Shown: positions 25,322 through 39,087, numbered from the stretch's first letter. The stretch is 43,744 nucleotides of DNA from Octopus bimaculoides (GCF_001194135.2 NC_068983.1:34712305-34756048); one strand, 5' to 3'. A program made the numbers and translations. Notes: generated from the letters alone by a model not told the origin.

Positions 25322-27755
25322 ATACATACAGATGTATATCAATTGCTTACCAAGATGCTATAATAAGTGAGAAGTTTTAGCATTGAAATTTGCAGTGTAC
25401 ATAATACTGGCGACTTTTTACTGTCGTTACTATAACTACAGCAGCATGCTGTGCTTGACGGAGCAACATACATTATTCAAATTGATTAGTATGGAAACAC
25501 ATCAATTTTACTGTTATTGTCATTCTGATCTGCTCAGTAACATTACTAAAAGCATTCAAACCGGAAACTAATCCCCTTGCAGAATGATATAATTTTCATT
25601 TTGCCACAATGTGGCTTTCAAATATTGCTTGTAAGTGGCTGGGTTCTTGTAAATAGATTATTTAAGTTGTCCTGTTACAAAGTCCATTAATCATATTTAA
25701 ATCTTGCTATTAAGTTAAAGGTGGATAAGAACTTCTTTGGATAATTGTAAAACAAAATTTCTCCATGAAATATGTCTTTTCACTAATAGAATCTACAGGA
25801 GCATTACCAAAGGACAGTATTATTCTGTTTGTGAAGGGTACAGGATCCAACGCGCTGTCAAAGACACTTTGTTTTTACTTTCATGCAATATAAGCCTCAA
25901 CAATATTTTGAAGCCTATTCTTACGATAAAAGCTCAATCCAAATGTTCTCATTCTCTACAGGCCTGCAATAGAACATCAATCGTTTCAGGATCCTTTCGA
26001 TTCGGTAGTTGCATATTCATAGCACATTGAAGTAAGGCCTTTCTTCTAAAATGAAGAATGTGTCATAAGTAATTTCAAGCTTCTTGCTCAGCTCTCAGTT
26101 CTCGAAAAAGCGTCGAGAAACACCGTGATCATGTCAGCAAAAAGAAAATTATTATCAATATGAGGAAATATGTTATATCACTAGCTTCATGTGCGTATAT
26201 CGACATTTTGTGGCATTTCATTTCAATAAATATTGTGTTGAATCATTTTCTGCTAATTTCGGCTTGACATGAATCATGCAAAGCATAAATCTGTTATCAG
26301 TAACTGCAATATTAAAAGTTTAATTAGTTTTAGTACCGTGTTTTTTAAACAATGCAACCAGTGTTTGGATGCAGCAGTGAGAACCGGTTAATCTAAACTG
26401 GTTTTCTCATATTCAATAAGTACCCAGTTATTTTAAAGCAGTAGTAGTTGCATAAAACGTGCATATTGTACTTGCATAGATTTCTATAACTATTACGAAT
26501 ATTTACAATCTCTAAGATCAAATTATATTTTAATCTCTCCTGAATCAATAATTATGTATTAGTGACACACTGGGAAATTGTTCAAGCAATAATACCGTTT
26601 AGTATATGTTTTTTTTTATGCGATAATATAGGAATGTAAACATTCCTAATACTATCACTGTTTCTTCACATTAAACTAATTCTCGGGATTTGTTTATGTC
26701 ACGATCACGAAAAGATAGTTTGTTAATTACTATCCATAGCATTCTCTACATTATTTTTTAAATAATTCGGTGACAGAAAATTGTTCTGACGCAAATTATA
26801 AAATGAGATCTCCAAACGCTTATTTAATCTGCTCTATGTATAAGAGAATATACCGTTCTCTAAATCTCAGATGGGTTACTAATTCACGCGTGATAACATT
26901 CCCAAGTGGTTGGGTAATTTCTCAAAACTTTTGCTACTGAATTGATATAATATATGTGAAAAGTTTCATTAGGTTGTTCATGTTGAAAATGTTTTCAACT
27001 GTTCAACTATTTTTAGATACAAAAGAAACCAGAAAATTTTGCTCCCGTTTCGTAAAAGTATGACATCATTTGAATAAAAGCAAAATTCTATACTCATCAT
27101 TACAATATCACCACCAACATAACTGAAGAAAGAAACAATCTCTATAATAAACTTAGGTGATAAATGAAATCAGAATATAAGCGAATTTAACTATAACGGG
27201 CCAGAAATGAAATGATTATTTAATTGATTACTAATTTTTACGATAATCGAATGAAATTTCGGGCTAGCAAATTATACATTTCTATTACACATTGGTTTAA
27301 TATAGTCTGGCTGCTAAAAACATTCTTAGTATTGTCCATCGGTCAATAAAATTATGTAGCATTTATCGATTTGCTTGCCAAAAGGGGCTGAAAGCAAGGA
27401 TGTTGTTTTTTCCTTTTAACTATATCATTTCGAATGGACACCACTCGTAACATTCTTTTGAATAAACTACACTTATTAACATGTGAGCACAAGTATATGT
27501 GTTTATGTAGACATATGTGTAAATCAAAAAGACGGCAACTGAGATTGTGTAACTCTATGTCGAGTGTGGTCGAGTAGAAACATAATGAAAGCTGTTTCAC
27601 TTGTGCCATGCTCGTCTTTAATTGACACGGCATATCTTCTGTTGCATGTTTTCTTTCCCTCCCTATTTTGAGAAAGATTTTACTATTTCTAATATGTTAT
27701 GCACAGTGTAGACCCACCATCTCTCCCTCTTTTTCTGTGTCTCTTTCTCTTTCAC

Positions 27756-27823
<68 letters not shown>

Positions 27824-28255
27824 TACACATATGTTACAAAAACAAAATAGAAACTACACGTGGGAATGTAAGGGGAAAGTAAGAAGAAAAGTAAGCGAAA
27901 ATGCACATTGGAAATCAAAAATAGTAAATGCTTGTTTTGAAAAGTAACGATATATATGTACAATTAGATGAACTGAGGTAGAAATAAAAGTAATAAAAGT
28001 CATTATTGTGAATTGTTAAAGAAATTCAAAAGCATACTGGTTTCGTAATATTTCTAAACGTTGCTTTGAATGCACACCGAATACTGAACGGTATCAGGTC
28101 TACTAGTCCCTGAGTAAAAAGATTATGTTTAAGGGAGGTAAGTAGTTCTGGATTTGGTGCAATTAGGGTAGATCTAGATCTGTAATGTGAATGGCGTATG
28201 GGATGTATGTGGGTTAGTGGTATTAAATGAAAGGTTAGTAGTGTTCTGTATTATG

Positions 28256-28822
28256 TTATGTGTTCATATTTAATAGTAGAATATATTTATTGATGCAAGT
28301 TGCCTCTTTATTCATTCTTTGTTGTATTGAGGTGTTCTGTGAACATTGATAGAAGGGAAAACTTAGGAAATTATGATTCCTCGCACACCTTTCTATGTGT
28401 CCACTGTCCTCTATATGTCTGTATTGTGGGTGACGGATTTGTTCTTTGTGGAGAATGGTTCCTCTAAGGAGTGATATTCCTGTTTGGCCAATATAATTAT
28501 TACCACACTCTAAGCATGTAATGGCATAGATTAGATTTTCCGAGGCTCAAGTGAAATTTAATTTAATCTTAAATTCCATCATTTATTAATGATATTGTGT
28601 AATGTCTTTTGATTAGTATTGATCTGAGTTCATTCACGATTATAGGTATCCGAAACTTTGGTACAGATTCTTTTCGCTAGATTATAAGGTATATTAATTT
28701 TTATGTGTTTGGGGTGGCATGAGTTGAATAAGAGGTATTGTTTAGAATTTTTGGGTTTATAGAAGATGTCTTTTTCAATGTGGTTATTGACTATTTTAAT
28801 TAGGATGTCAAGACAAGGAAGT
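28256..28822 (-). mobile_element. Decayed Penelope-like retroelement: RT C-terminus/thumb plus CCHH-type GIY-YIG endonuclease
   Basis: LPCLDILIKIVNNHIEKDIFYKPKNSKQYLLFNSCHPKHIKINIPYNLAKRICTKVSD..ELRSILIKRHYTISLINDGI, then NFT*ASENLIYAITCLECGNNYIGQTGISLLRGTILHKEQIRHPQYRHIEDSGHIERCAR..FPFYQC..RMNKEATCINKY..* (stop 28256-28258). The 5' part runs into the N-gap. Confidence 0.92.
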
Positions 28823-29324
28823 TNNNNNNNNNNNNNNNNNNNNNNNNNNNNNNNNNNNNNNNNNNNNNNNNNNNNNNNNNNNNNNNNNNNNNNNNNNNNN
28901 NNNNNNNNNNNNNNNNNNNNNNNNNNNNNNNNNNNNNNNNNNNNNNNNNNNNNNNNNNNNNNNNNNNNNNNNNNNNNNNNNNNNNNNNNNNNNNNNNNNN
29001 NNNNNNNNNNNNNNNNNNNNNNNNNNNNNNNNNNNNNNNNNNNNNNNNNNNNNNNNNNNNNNNNNNNNNNNNNNNNNNNNNNNNNNNNNNNNNNNNNNNN
29101 NNNNNNNNNNNNNNNNNNNNNNNNNNNNNNNNNNNNNNNNNNNNNNNNNNNNNNNNNNNNNNNNNNNNNNNNNNNNNNNNNNNNNNNNNNNNNNNNNNNN
29201 NNNNNNNNNNNNNNNNNNNNNNNNNNNNNNNNNNNNNNNNNNNNNNNNNNNNNNNNNNNNNNNNNNNNNNNNNNNNNNNNNNNNNNNNNNNNNNNNNNNN
29301 NNNNNNNNNNNNNNNNNNNNNNNN

Positions 29325-29371
<47 letters not shown>

Positions 29372-29484
29372 AATTCAGGCAGATATCAATAAAGCACTCA
29401 GTTTTAAAAGAATTTTGGTTAATAATATCCAACAATTAGACGCTATTAAGCGTAAATAAAACACACACACACACATGACACATT

Positions 29485-29619
29485 TTTTTAGGTTTCCTTC
29501 TACCAAATCTACTCACAAACCTTTCGTCGACCCTCGGCTGTTTCAGAAGACACTTTCAAAAGTGTCACGCAGTGGGACTGAGCCCTGAAGCATGTAAGAA
29601 GCAAACTTCTTGTCACACA
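29485..29619 (-). mobile_element. SINE fragment, second family
   Basis: Reverse complement contains TCAGTCCCACTGCGTG..AGTGTCTTCT..GTCGAC..TGTGAGTAGATTTGGTAGAAGGAAAC, homologous to 14480-14606. Confidence 0.75.
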
Positions 29620-29698
29620 TCCCACACGGGCACACCTGCGTCAAGTATGTGTATGTGTGGGTAATATATATATATGTATGTGTATGTGTATGTGTGGG

Positions 29699-29734
<36 letters not shown>

Positions 29735-30429
29735 CAATAATACAATAAAATCTTTATCAGGTAGCTAGCGTGAAAAAACCTCATAAGGGAATGTATATAT
29801 ATGAATGTGTATATCTATGTATAGCTTCCTCTCTCGCTTTTTCTGTCCACCTCTCTCTCTTTCTCTCTCTATCTCTCTCTCTCTATCTCTCTCTCTCTCT
29901 TTCTCTATCTCTCTCTCTCTCTCTTTCTTTCTACCTACGTAACACATATAGCGTACATCGACAAGAAACAAGCACAAGAAATAAAAAATGTTCTATCGAT
30001 ATATTATATGAAGCTTATTTCTTTCTTATTTATTCATGATATTGCGACAGGTACCTACCTTATATATCTTTTTAGATATTTTTGCGGTGCACTTTCTATT
30101 ACAATATTTTCTGCGACATCCGTCGTTACTGAGTCGATTGTTCAGTTATTTTGATTCATATCGGAATTCTTGTTCAAAACTACCAGCTTAATCTTGCTTC
30201 TGCTTATTTTGGGATTATCTTTCGGTGCATGGTAAAGCTTTTGGGTCAGGCCAGATCAATAGTTTGGGAGTTAAGCCATTCGGATATTGTTCTTGCAGCT
30301 GTTTCTGCTGCTAGTGGTGCGGCTTAGCGTTCAGTGCATTTGTAATTATCGTTGCCACGTGAAAGATGATTACGTTGCTATGTTACTCGGAGGATTGGTG
30401 ATGTCAGTGTTGCTAGTGAAAGAGAATGT

Positions 30430-30648
30430 GGGTGAAGATGATGATGATGATGAGCAGGAGGAGGAGGGATCGTTGGTGATGTTAGTGATATTATGAATGG
30501 TAGTTATTATGGAGGGTTGGTGGGTGGAATGTTGCAGGTGAGACTGTAACGTTGCCGCTTTTTCGGAAAAGAAAAAATCGCAGATGCTCCTCTTGCTAAG
30601 CTATATAGTTATTACAATATATCCTATGTCTTCTACCACCACCAACGT

Positions 30649-30680
<32 letters not shown>

Positions 30681-31020
30681 TTACTACTGCTGCTGCTGCT
30701 GCCACTACTACTACTACAACTACTACTACTACTACTACTACTACTATTACTACTACTACTACTACTAGTAGTAGTAGTAGCAGTGTTACTACTGCCCCTT
30801 ATGCTTGCTTGTTGTTGCCCGTTCATGTTGTTGGGGCTGGGTGTAGTTGTAAGTGGAATCCTATTAATAAAGGTATTGCTCATTCTTTGGTGGGTTCGGT
30901 GATGCTGTGGTGGTGATGAAGATGGCGATAGATATGCTTTTGTTCGTGATGGTGATGATGATAGTGCTGGTGCTATTGTTGTCGTTGTTGCGACTAATGC
31001 CGCCGTTAAAAGGATCAGGA
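30430..31020. repeat. Degenerate trinucleotide repeat field (GAT, ACT, GCT, AGT)
   Basis: Directly visible; it produces the poly-T/A/S ORFs in the track. Confidence 0.9.
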
Positions 31021-31090
31021 TTCCAGCAAAGCTTTTAATATTATATCTATGCGTGTATGAGTGGGTATATGCGTGCATATGTGTATGTAT

Positions 31091-31137
<47 letters not shown>

Positions 31138-31500
31138 TATTTGTGTATGTCTGTGTATACAACATTAATCTGGGTTCTAGGATGTGTGTTTGTTGGGATG
31201 TCAAAATTTGCATGTATATGCGCCTAATATGAGTGTTTGTGCTAGGGTGTTTTGGGATGTGTACCACGATTTTGCGATGTATGTGTTGGCATGTCTCAGG
31301 CTTTATATGTGCGCGCGTATATATGTGTATTTATGTGTGTATAGGGCGTATGTGTGAGTATAATTTTGTATGCCATGTGTAAGGGGATTCTAAGCCCGTA
31401 TGTATGTGTGGGTTTGTATCATAAGATATTTGGCATTGTGTGTACACACACACATATACATACATATATATATATATGTATGTATATATATATGTATATA

Positions 31501-31558
<58 letters not shown>

Positions 31559-31569
31559 ATATACTTCAC

Positions 31570-32008
31570 GTTGTCGTGCAGCTACTGTTTATACCCCGCT
31601 CAGAGATTTATTATTGCTTGTTTACACTTTTTCGAGATCAATGACGTTTCGTCACTGGAAAAAGGATATATGTATTTGCATTGGGACCCCATCGCATCGA
31701 AGACCGGTAAAAATGGTTGGCTGTGGCACTCCTAGTTCCCTCGAAGCTTTGCGAGTTGATTTCTTAGGGCTACGTTGAAAACCAGTATGCAGAGCATCAA
31801 CAATCTCTTCTCTTTATCATGGCCTGCCAATTCTTCTGAAGTCACCAACGCTACCAGTGTCTTTGAATTTGTCATATCAGTTCTTGGTGCTTTTAACACC
31901 TGGAGGATTTCAGACGTATACGCTTCTAAAATTTCGTTGAACAGGAATTGCCGACGTAGTTTTATGAAACCACAAAATACATTGTGCTTTTTCTTTCATA
32001 GATGCCAT
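31570..32008 (-). mobile_element. Tc1/mariner-superfamily transposase relic (N-terminal HTH region to the first catalytic Asp)
   Basis: MASMKEKAQCILWFHKTTSAIPVQRNFRSVY..PP..YDKFKDTGSV..GRP..FQRSPKKSTRKASRELGVPQPTI, with in-frame stops, and an SDE motif at 31648-31656. Same broad family as 9243-10006. Confidence 0.85.
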
Positions 32009-34474
32009 TTCGATATGTTAACTTTATTTGGAAAGCAAATGTGATTAAAAATAATGAAACAGAACAGGTTAATGATAATCAATTATATAATTTTAGACTT
32101 CTATTTTGTAAAGTGCAACAAAGAGAAAGTTTAATTTCAAATAGCAACAAAGATATATTTCAGAATCAAGGAAAGACATTATAATCACCCTGTATTACCA
32201 TACTGAGGATTGGTGAAGAAGTTTTTCACTTTCAAAATATATTGTTTCTAGAGAATAAACATTGTTGAGTCGTGTATATTTGTTAGCATAAATGTTATTA
32301 ATAATGTTACGCCATTCTGCTACGAATTTAACTAATTCCGTAATAATTCTGTGACTCACGAATTAAGCATCTCCCACATCTCTTAACCATTATGGATTGA
32401 TAGAAACTTTATTGAAGTTACTACCAACTATAAGTATACTACTTCTTCAAATTATTACAGTGCTGCCATTCCCAAAAGTGTACTATATAATTCATTAGAA
32501 AGGACTGCAACATGAGGGCTGTCAGGATTATTGATTGCTAGATTGTTAAAAGTAGCATCTTTAATTCGAGGCCATTACAAGAGGAATATCCGTGTTGCTT
32601 GAAATTATAGGCATTAAATTTACCTTAATTCTTTACTTTGACAGTCTTCTTAACTATCATCTTCAATATAGCATCTTGCCGAAATAGTTTCATATCTTCT
32701 AATCTTTCCATGTATATAGTTGTTGTTGTATGAATAGAAAATTCAGTATTAACTTATATTTTTCTAGTCCTGAATGAATCTCCAATCCAAGTAAGTTTCT
32801 TGTCATTCGTAAGTTTGGCAGTCACAGTTCTCTTTTCGGAGACAGCAATACCATTTTTCTGGAATTCAAGATATTATCTATAATTTCAGAGCTATTATAA
32901 TGTTTCATAACAGCATTCTTCCATGCCCCCATGTTTTGTTGTTGGTTTTTTTAATATGCATACAAGAATATTATGCATTCTTGTCACCACTTACAGTAAG
33001 GTTTTTGTGAATTTCTATAACGCATAAACGAATTATTTCTATTTTGTCAAAAAATATTTAACGAAAATAAATTTTGAAACTGCGAGGTGACCGCCGACTC
33101 AAGCCATCCCTTCTTTAATGTTATTAATTTTACTTTCTCTCAGGTATGTACATCATGTTAAATTCTCTGATAAATATCTCAACAGTCTTACTTTGTCTCC
33201 CGGCATCTAGCTTCATGAAAAGCCAATGATAAAAAAATCTTTATAGAGCTCAGTATTTCTTCCTCTTTGACTGGCATATGGGTTGTACAGTGTTTCCGCA
33301 AGTAGGGTATATACAAAGAGTTTTGATAATGCAGTTCATTGCCGAGATAATTCGAGCAGAAGTCGCGGATATACGAATCGTGTAGATTTCCCCGTCACTA
33401 CAGATATCTAGTGCTCTCTGACTAGATTTTTATATTTCTGTTTCAATGAACTTAAACCAGTTACGGGATCCTAATAAATGTGTTATCGAAGTGCCCTCCT
33501 GATTTTCTCCAATGTAGAGACGTGCAGGGCAAATTTGAGCAGTGAGTAAGATCGGCACAGGTGCAGGGAAGGAAAAGAGTCGATTATGTGGGAATGATTA
33601 TACTTGGTTAGAACGATGAGTATAGTGATGGAGAGGAAGTGACAAGTGTATCATGCAGCGGAACCGTGTAAAGAAAGGTTGGATTTGGCTGTGCTGTAGG
33701 CGGATAGGTCGTGTAGATTATAGGAACGTATAAATGAATGAAGGTATGGTCTTAGTAAGTTGTGCTAAATAGTGGAATCAGATTGGACAATGCGGAATGC
33801 ACATAGAATAGCGAGTTGGTAGAGATTATTGACAAGTGAGAGGGAACAAAGTCGGTTGTGGTTAATGAGGACGCGGGAGATATGGTGCTGGTGAGGTCGA
33901 ATTCACAAGCGGGACGAGGACAACCTAGAGGTGTTCTTGCTTCGTAAACTAGAACTTCATGCTGATGCACATGCAACACCTGCATCGTCATAGCCATTGA
34001 AAATGCAAACGTCAATTATACTTTTGTTGGCAATAATTTATAAACTTTAACTAATACGTGGAATTTACAGCTTCGGGGTGTCAGGTTCTGTCTTATTATG
34101 CAGCATCTTGGACAAGTATTTGTTAACAGTCTTGAATTAAACAAAACTCAGAGATTGAGAAATGTCGCAAGATGGACCATTCATAATTTGTTAGAATGAA
34201 ACTGTCACTCAGTTTCACACCACCACTTCTTCCCTTCTTCCGATCTGGTGTTGGATCACTGATAACGTAATTGGTTCTGCCTTTCCTTATATGAGACATA
34301 CAATCAACAAAATCGCAGATTTCCACGATGGAAAACTATTCGCTACAAACGTCAAATGAACTGATAAAACATTCTTTTGTAAAACAATTCAGAAATTTTT
34401 GGGGAGTAAAATAATTTTGAAATTCATGATGATTTCTATACCATTGTCATTAATGACAATATGCTTCAGCTAAA

Positions 34475-34666
34475 ATGCGGTGAGCTGGCAGAATCGTTAT
34501 CACGCCGGCCGAAATGCTTAGCGTTATTTCGTCTGTCTTTACGTTCTAAGTTCAAATTCCGCCGAGGTCGACTTTGCCTTTCATCCATGCAGAGTCGATA
34601 AATTAAGTCTAATCGACTGGCCCCCTTTCCCCAAAACTTTCGGGCCTTGTGCTTTGAGTAAAAAAG
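34475..34666 (+). mobile_element. tRNA-derived SINE with target-site duplication
   Basis: TGGCAGAATCGTTA..GTTCAAATTCCGCCGAGGTCGACTTTGCCTTTCATCC, flanked by AATATGCTTCAGCTAAA (34458-34474) and AATATGCTTCTGTTAAA (34667-34683), 15/17 identical. Confidence 0.9.
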
Positions 34667-35888
34667 AATATGCTTCTGTTAAACTGCAATGGTATAATTT
34701 TAATGGGCGTACAGAATTTGAAAATATCGAATTGGGCGAACTTTCAATCGTCATTATTACTTATGCTGTTAAACCGGCTGATCATGATTTTACTTTTATT
34801 CCAGTAACAAACGTTAGAAACTCTCTTAATTCTCTAATTAATGTTAATGATAATATTTGCTCTAATAATTTTATCGCGTTCTGTACACGGATGATTAATT
34901 TCCACGTGATATTTGAGAATGATATATGGGATTCCTATTTTATTAAACATTCTAATTTGTTACCAAATATTAGCGTGGCTTCAGTGGCTTTCATCTTATT
35001 ACTGATATTATTACAAGTGTTATATTTAATGGAATTCGGTGTGATATAATTGGACAGAAAGTTGCGGTACTCAACGTCACCAGATTTATATATACATTTA
35101 GTGTGTGCTGAAATAGCATGCATTTTATATATACTTCATTCTAATATTTAAATTGGAGTTACTTATATTTTAAATGTCTAATCACGAGTTCTAATTCTAG
35201 ATATTAATGGACTTAAGTTAGTTGATTTTTTTTCCTTTTACGCGTCTAGTAAGTTATTGTTAGTATTATGAAATATTCCTTATTCGTTCTGTGAATTTTC
35301 GTTGTAATACTTACAATAGTTTCAAACAATCATTATCTCAAACTACATAGTCAAAGGCAAAAGCTGCTTTTCACACTTACTACTCAGCTTTATAAAAGCG
35401 CACACACACGCACATACACATGTATATATATATATATNNNNNNNNNNNNNNNNNNNNNNNNNNNNNNNNNNNNNNNNNNNNNNNNNNNNNNNNNNNNNNN
35501 NNNNNNNNNNNNNNNNNNNNNNNNNNNNNNNNNNNNNNNNNNNNNNNNNNNNNNNNNNNNNNNNNNNNNNNNNNNNNNNNNNNNNNNNNNNNNATATATA
35601 TGAAGTTACAAGTATATCATCAAATCAATGGACGTACACACACCCGTACACACACACATAAACACACACACATAAACACATACACGCGCTTAGTTTTAGA
35701 ATGGTGGCAGCTGATGATGGAAATGTTCTCTGTGTGGCCTGTGTTTTCTGTACTCTGTTTATGTACTGTTTTTCATTTTGTACACGTTTTTTGTGACGTC
35801 CTGTACCCAGATATGCATCTATATATACATGTAGATGTAGGTATGTACATACATGTACGTATATATGCATATACTCACATATTATTTG

Positions 35889-35941
<53 letters not shown>

Positions 35942-36180
35942 CACATATATATATATATATATTCACACATATATATGTAGTATTTACATACATCTCTACA
36001 TACATACAGACAGACAAACAAACAGGTAGATAGACGGATATGGATTTGGTTAAGTCATCACACTTTACCTTCAATCATTGACGATCTAAGCAAGTAATAC
36101 TTCAAAAGCACAGGAGAATATAGGGGCAAACATGGTAGGGAGTAAGACAAAGGTAGAAAAATGTATTGTCGCCAGTGACA

Positions 36181-36318
36181 GTTGTTTCAAATTTTGGCAC
36201 AAGTCCAGCAAGTTTGAGAGAAGGAATAAGTTGATTACAAGGATCGCAGTACTGAAGTGGTACTTATTTTGTCGACCCTGAAGCGATGAAAGGAAAAGTC
36301 GACCTCAACAGCATTTCA
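36181..36318 (-). mobile_element. 3' half of a tRNA-derived SINE
   Basis: Reverse complement GAGGTCGACTTTTCCTTTCATC..GGGTCGACAAAATAAGTACCA..CTTGTGCC matches the body of 381-606 and 34475-34666. Confidence 0.8.
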
Positions 36319-36593
36319 AAGGCAATTCAAATATCAAAATGTCTACAAGTTTATCAACAATACTAAATGATACTTATTGATATCTACCCTATAAGCTTGT
36401 TGCTTGTGTTTGACCACTTGAATGTCAGAAGTTGGCATTGAGGTGAACTCTGCCATGTTTAGTTTTTCTCATGAGGTAAGAAGCACTCTAATAAATATAT
36501 TGAAGTCTTGCAAAGACATAAATATAGATATTATATATTTATGTGTGTGTATGTTATTCGTATATACACGTGAAAAAAGTTTATATCATAATG

Positions 36594-36682
<89 letters not shown>
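36594..36682. repeat. (ATT)n microsatellite
   Basis: Directly visible. Confidence 0.97.
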
Positions 36683-37239
36683 CTCTGTGCAAATAAGAAG
36701 AAAGCAGCATGTAAACCTTGTAATCTTGATGACAAAACCACACATTTAAAAGTTGTGCTTCCTAGAATATTAAGAATTCGTTAATAACTGAATAACAATA
36801 AAAATAGTCCAAACAACAATTAAATAAGAACCGGTTAACAAATGCTTAAATGTTCGGCTTCTATATTTACTTTTGTTCCCCTTTACTTTTTGCTTTTATG
36901 CCTCACTAATCCTTCTCTTTTGTTCAAGGTATACACCCACAGTTATTTCGTAGCTTAAATATTGTGGTTGTAAAAACTGCATGATTGAAATATGATTTGC
37001 AAAGTAATCTTGCTCACATCTTTAATATTTGATTGCAATTCGATCATCTCTGATGGATTAGATCTTTCTTTAGTCAGCATTAATAGAACCGAACGCAAGC
37101 AGATTTGTACATTCGTAAGAGTCACGCGCTCATATACATGCATAAATAATACATTCATACATACATGCATACGTCTCTGTGTGTGCGTGTGCGTCTGCGT
37201 TTGCTTGATTGTGTGCGCGCGTGTGTGCGTGCGTTCGTG

Positions 37240-37285
<46 letters not shown>

Positions 37286-39087
37286 TGTCCTTTTCAAAAG
37301 ATTTATATTCATTTAATTTATCATCTGAAGGTACTATAATTTTAGCATTGATGGACGGAAGATATAAATGTGTTGAGACAAGATCTCGCTAGATTAAATT
37401 ATTGCGATATTTTGCTTCATCATTTCAAAGGATAGAGTTCAAATTCAATTATGATTGTTTTCTTTTGCCGTTCTTCAGACCTCGATCAAATAACTGTTTC
37501 TTGTTCTGGTTCTGCAGACAGTAATCGTCTCTAGTAGACATTCCATTTGTGTCTTTGTAATAAAAACATTGTGTAAACAAGGTGGAACGGGAAAATGATT
37601 TTACAAAAATGCTACACTAGCCTATCACATTCACAGAAAGGTCATTCGCCTGAGTGGCATAACGTCGCTCAAAGACAGAATCACCAAGCCCTAATCTAAT
37701 TGCTTCTGTCTTGTCTCTCCGACTTTTCTATCGCTAGTACACTAGCCTCTGGTCCTGGAATCTATCTGCTTTCATTTCATCTCTATTTAGGAAATGCTGA
37801 CTTACTGTTTTTCTTCCCTCATCACTCCTCTACTGTCTACAAACCCCAAAATATCAATACAATACTGACAACTACGCCACATCATTACTCTCAAGAATAT
37901 CCGGCCACCAGAAAGTTCGTTGTTGCGCTTATTGCTCTGCAGTTGCTTATTCATAAAAGCTCAAGAAGTATGTTAAAGGTATCATTATCACCAATCTCTG
38001 AGAGCCTAGAAAGGGTTGTGCCAGTGGCCTTTCTACAAGACTTAGCTAATGCAACGCATATTTTCCCTTCTTCCCTATAAATATTCAGCTCGAATGAATA
38101 GAAATGCAATCCTTCGCTGTAGAATACATTAACTGTCCAATGAACACAATCTGCAATATGTTGTGGATAACTGTTTATAGATGTACCATAAAAGTTTGTC
38201 GTTCACCTCCAAGACTATCATGACACTTATATAATGCTCTCGTAACTTCGTTGCGTTCATAGATTAAATATTTAGCTACACAAATCCTAGTGAATGTCAC
38301 GAGCTGGCATATTTCCACATAGAAATCGCAATAGATCAGTATAGCAAAAGTGTAATTCATTAGCTTCCAATGCTAAATTCAGTTTCGATGAATGAAAATC
38401 CTTACTTGATGAGTTAGTCTCCCTAACGCTAGTGAAGCTGAAGATAGACAAATCCTAGATAATTAAAGAAGCCTATGAACATAATTACTAATAACCAACA
38501 CAACAAGATTCCATGCATTCTGGAAGCTATTATAGTTGATTAACTTGGAGCTACTGACTCCTAACAGATGAGCCGTAGTCGATCTCAAGAGGATCTGAAA
38601 TCCGAACACAGCCAATATGACAAACCCGAAGCAGCAACAACATTTCTCTCATGTTACAAGATACCATATGAAAGAAACGTGTGAAAGTAGAGAAACTCAT
38701 GAAAAAAGCAGTTCCAGTTAGACTATAAAAGAAATATAAAAAGATGAAATATTTTCCAATGAGAATGATATCAGGTTAAACAGCAACAAATTCTAAAAAG
38801 CAATTTATTTCCAACCCTAACGTTTTATTTATATACGCCTCCTTGTAAATAGTGTCTATGATATGAAAATAATTAAAATAGGAAAAAAAAAATAACAAAG
38901 GAAAACCACAACTGACCTTATCCAAATCACAACTGAGGAGGAACGATACTGAAGGAACAAGTGCAAATATAGACCACATTTCATTTTGACTTTACAGATT
39001 CTTTTACCTAATTTTCTCTGTGAAAATACTAATGAAATTCCACAAAACATTTAATAGGCACAGTATTGCTTCTGACTTCCATAGCTC

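Noticed and set aside
28029-28067. Possible decayed minimal hammerhead downstream of the second Penelope copy (AAAGCA..GAAAC-CA-GTA-TGCTTT on minus)
   Set aside because: Stem I, GAAA and the GUA site fit, but the CUGANGA core reads ACGTTTA and stem II barely pairs. Too degenerate without a family consensus.
28547-28549. TGA at a normally Cys position just before the GIY motif, considered as selenocysteine recoding
   Set aside because: It is one substitution from a Cys codon in a copy with other lesions, and no SECIS was recognised. It would matter only if TGA were the family consensus.
33560-33950. Purine-rich stretch whose minus translation (..SFIRSYNLHDLSAYSTAKSNLSLHGSAA*) faintly resembles a CR1/L2 ORF2 C-terminus
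   Set aside because: Similarity is too weak to support by eye.
34443-34460. 18-bp perfect palindrome ATTGTCATTAATGACAAT
   Set aside because: Short and AT-rich, with no supporting context.
37700-38080. 126-aa plus ORF starting at TTG
   Set aside because: No recognisable motif on either strand; faint Tc1-like fragments on minus could not be made consistent.
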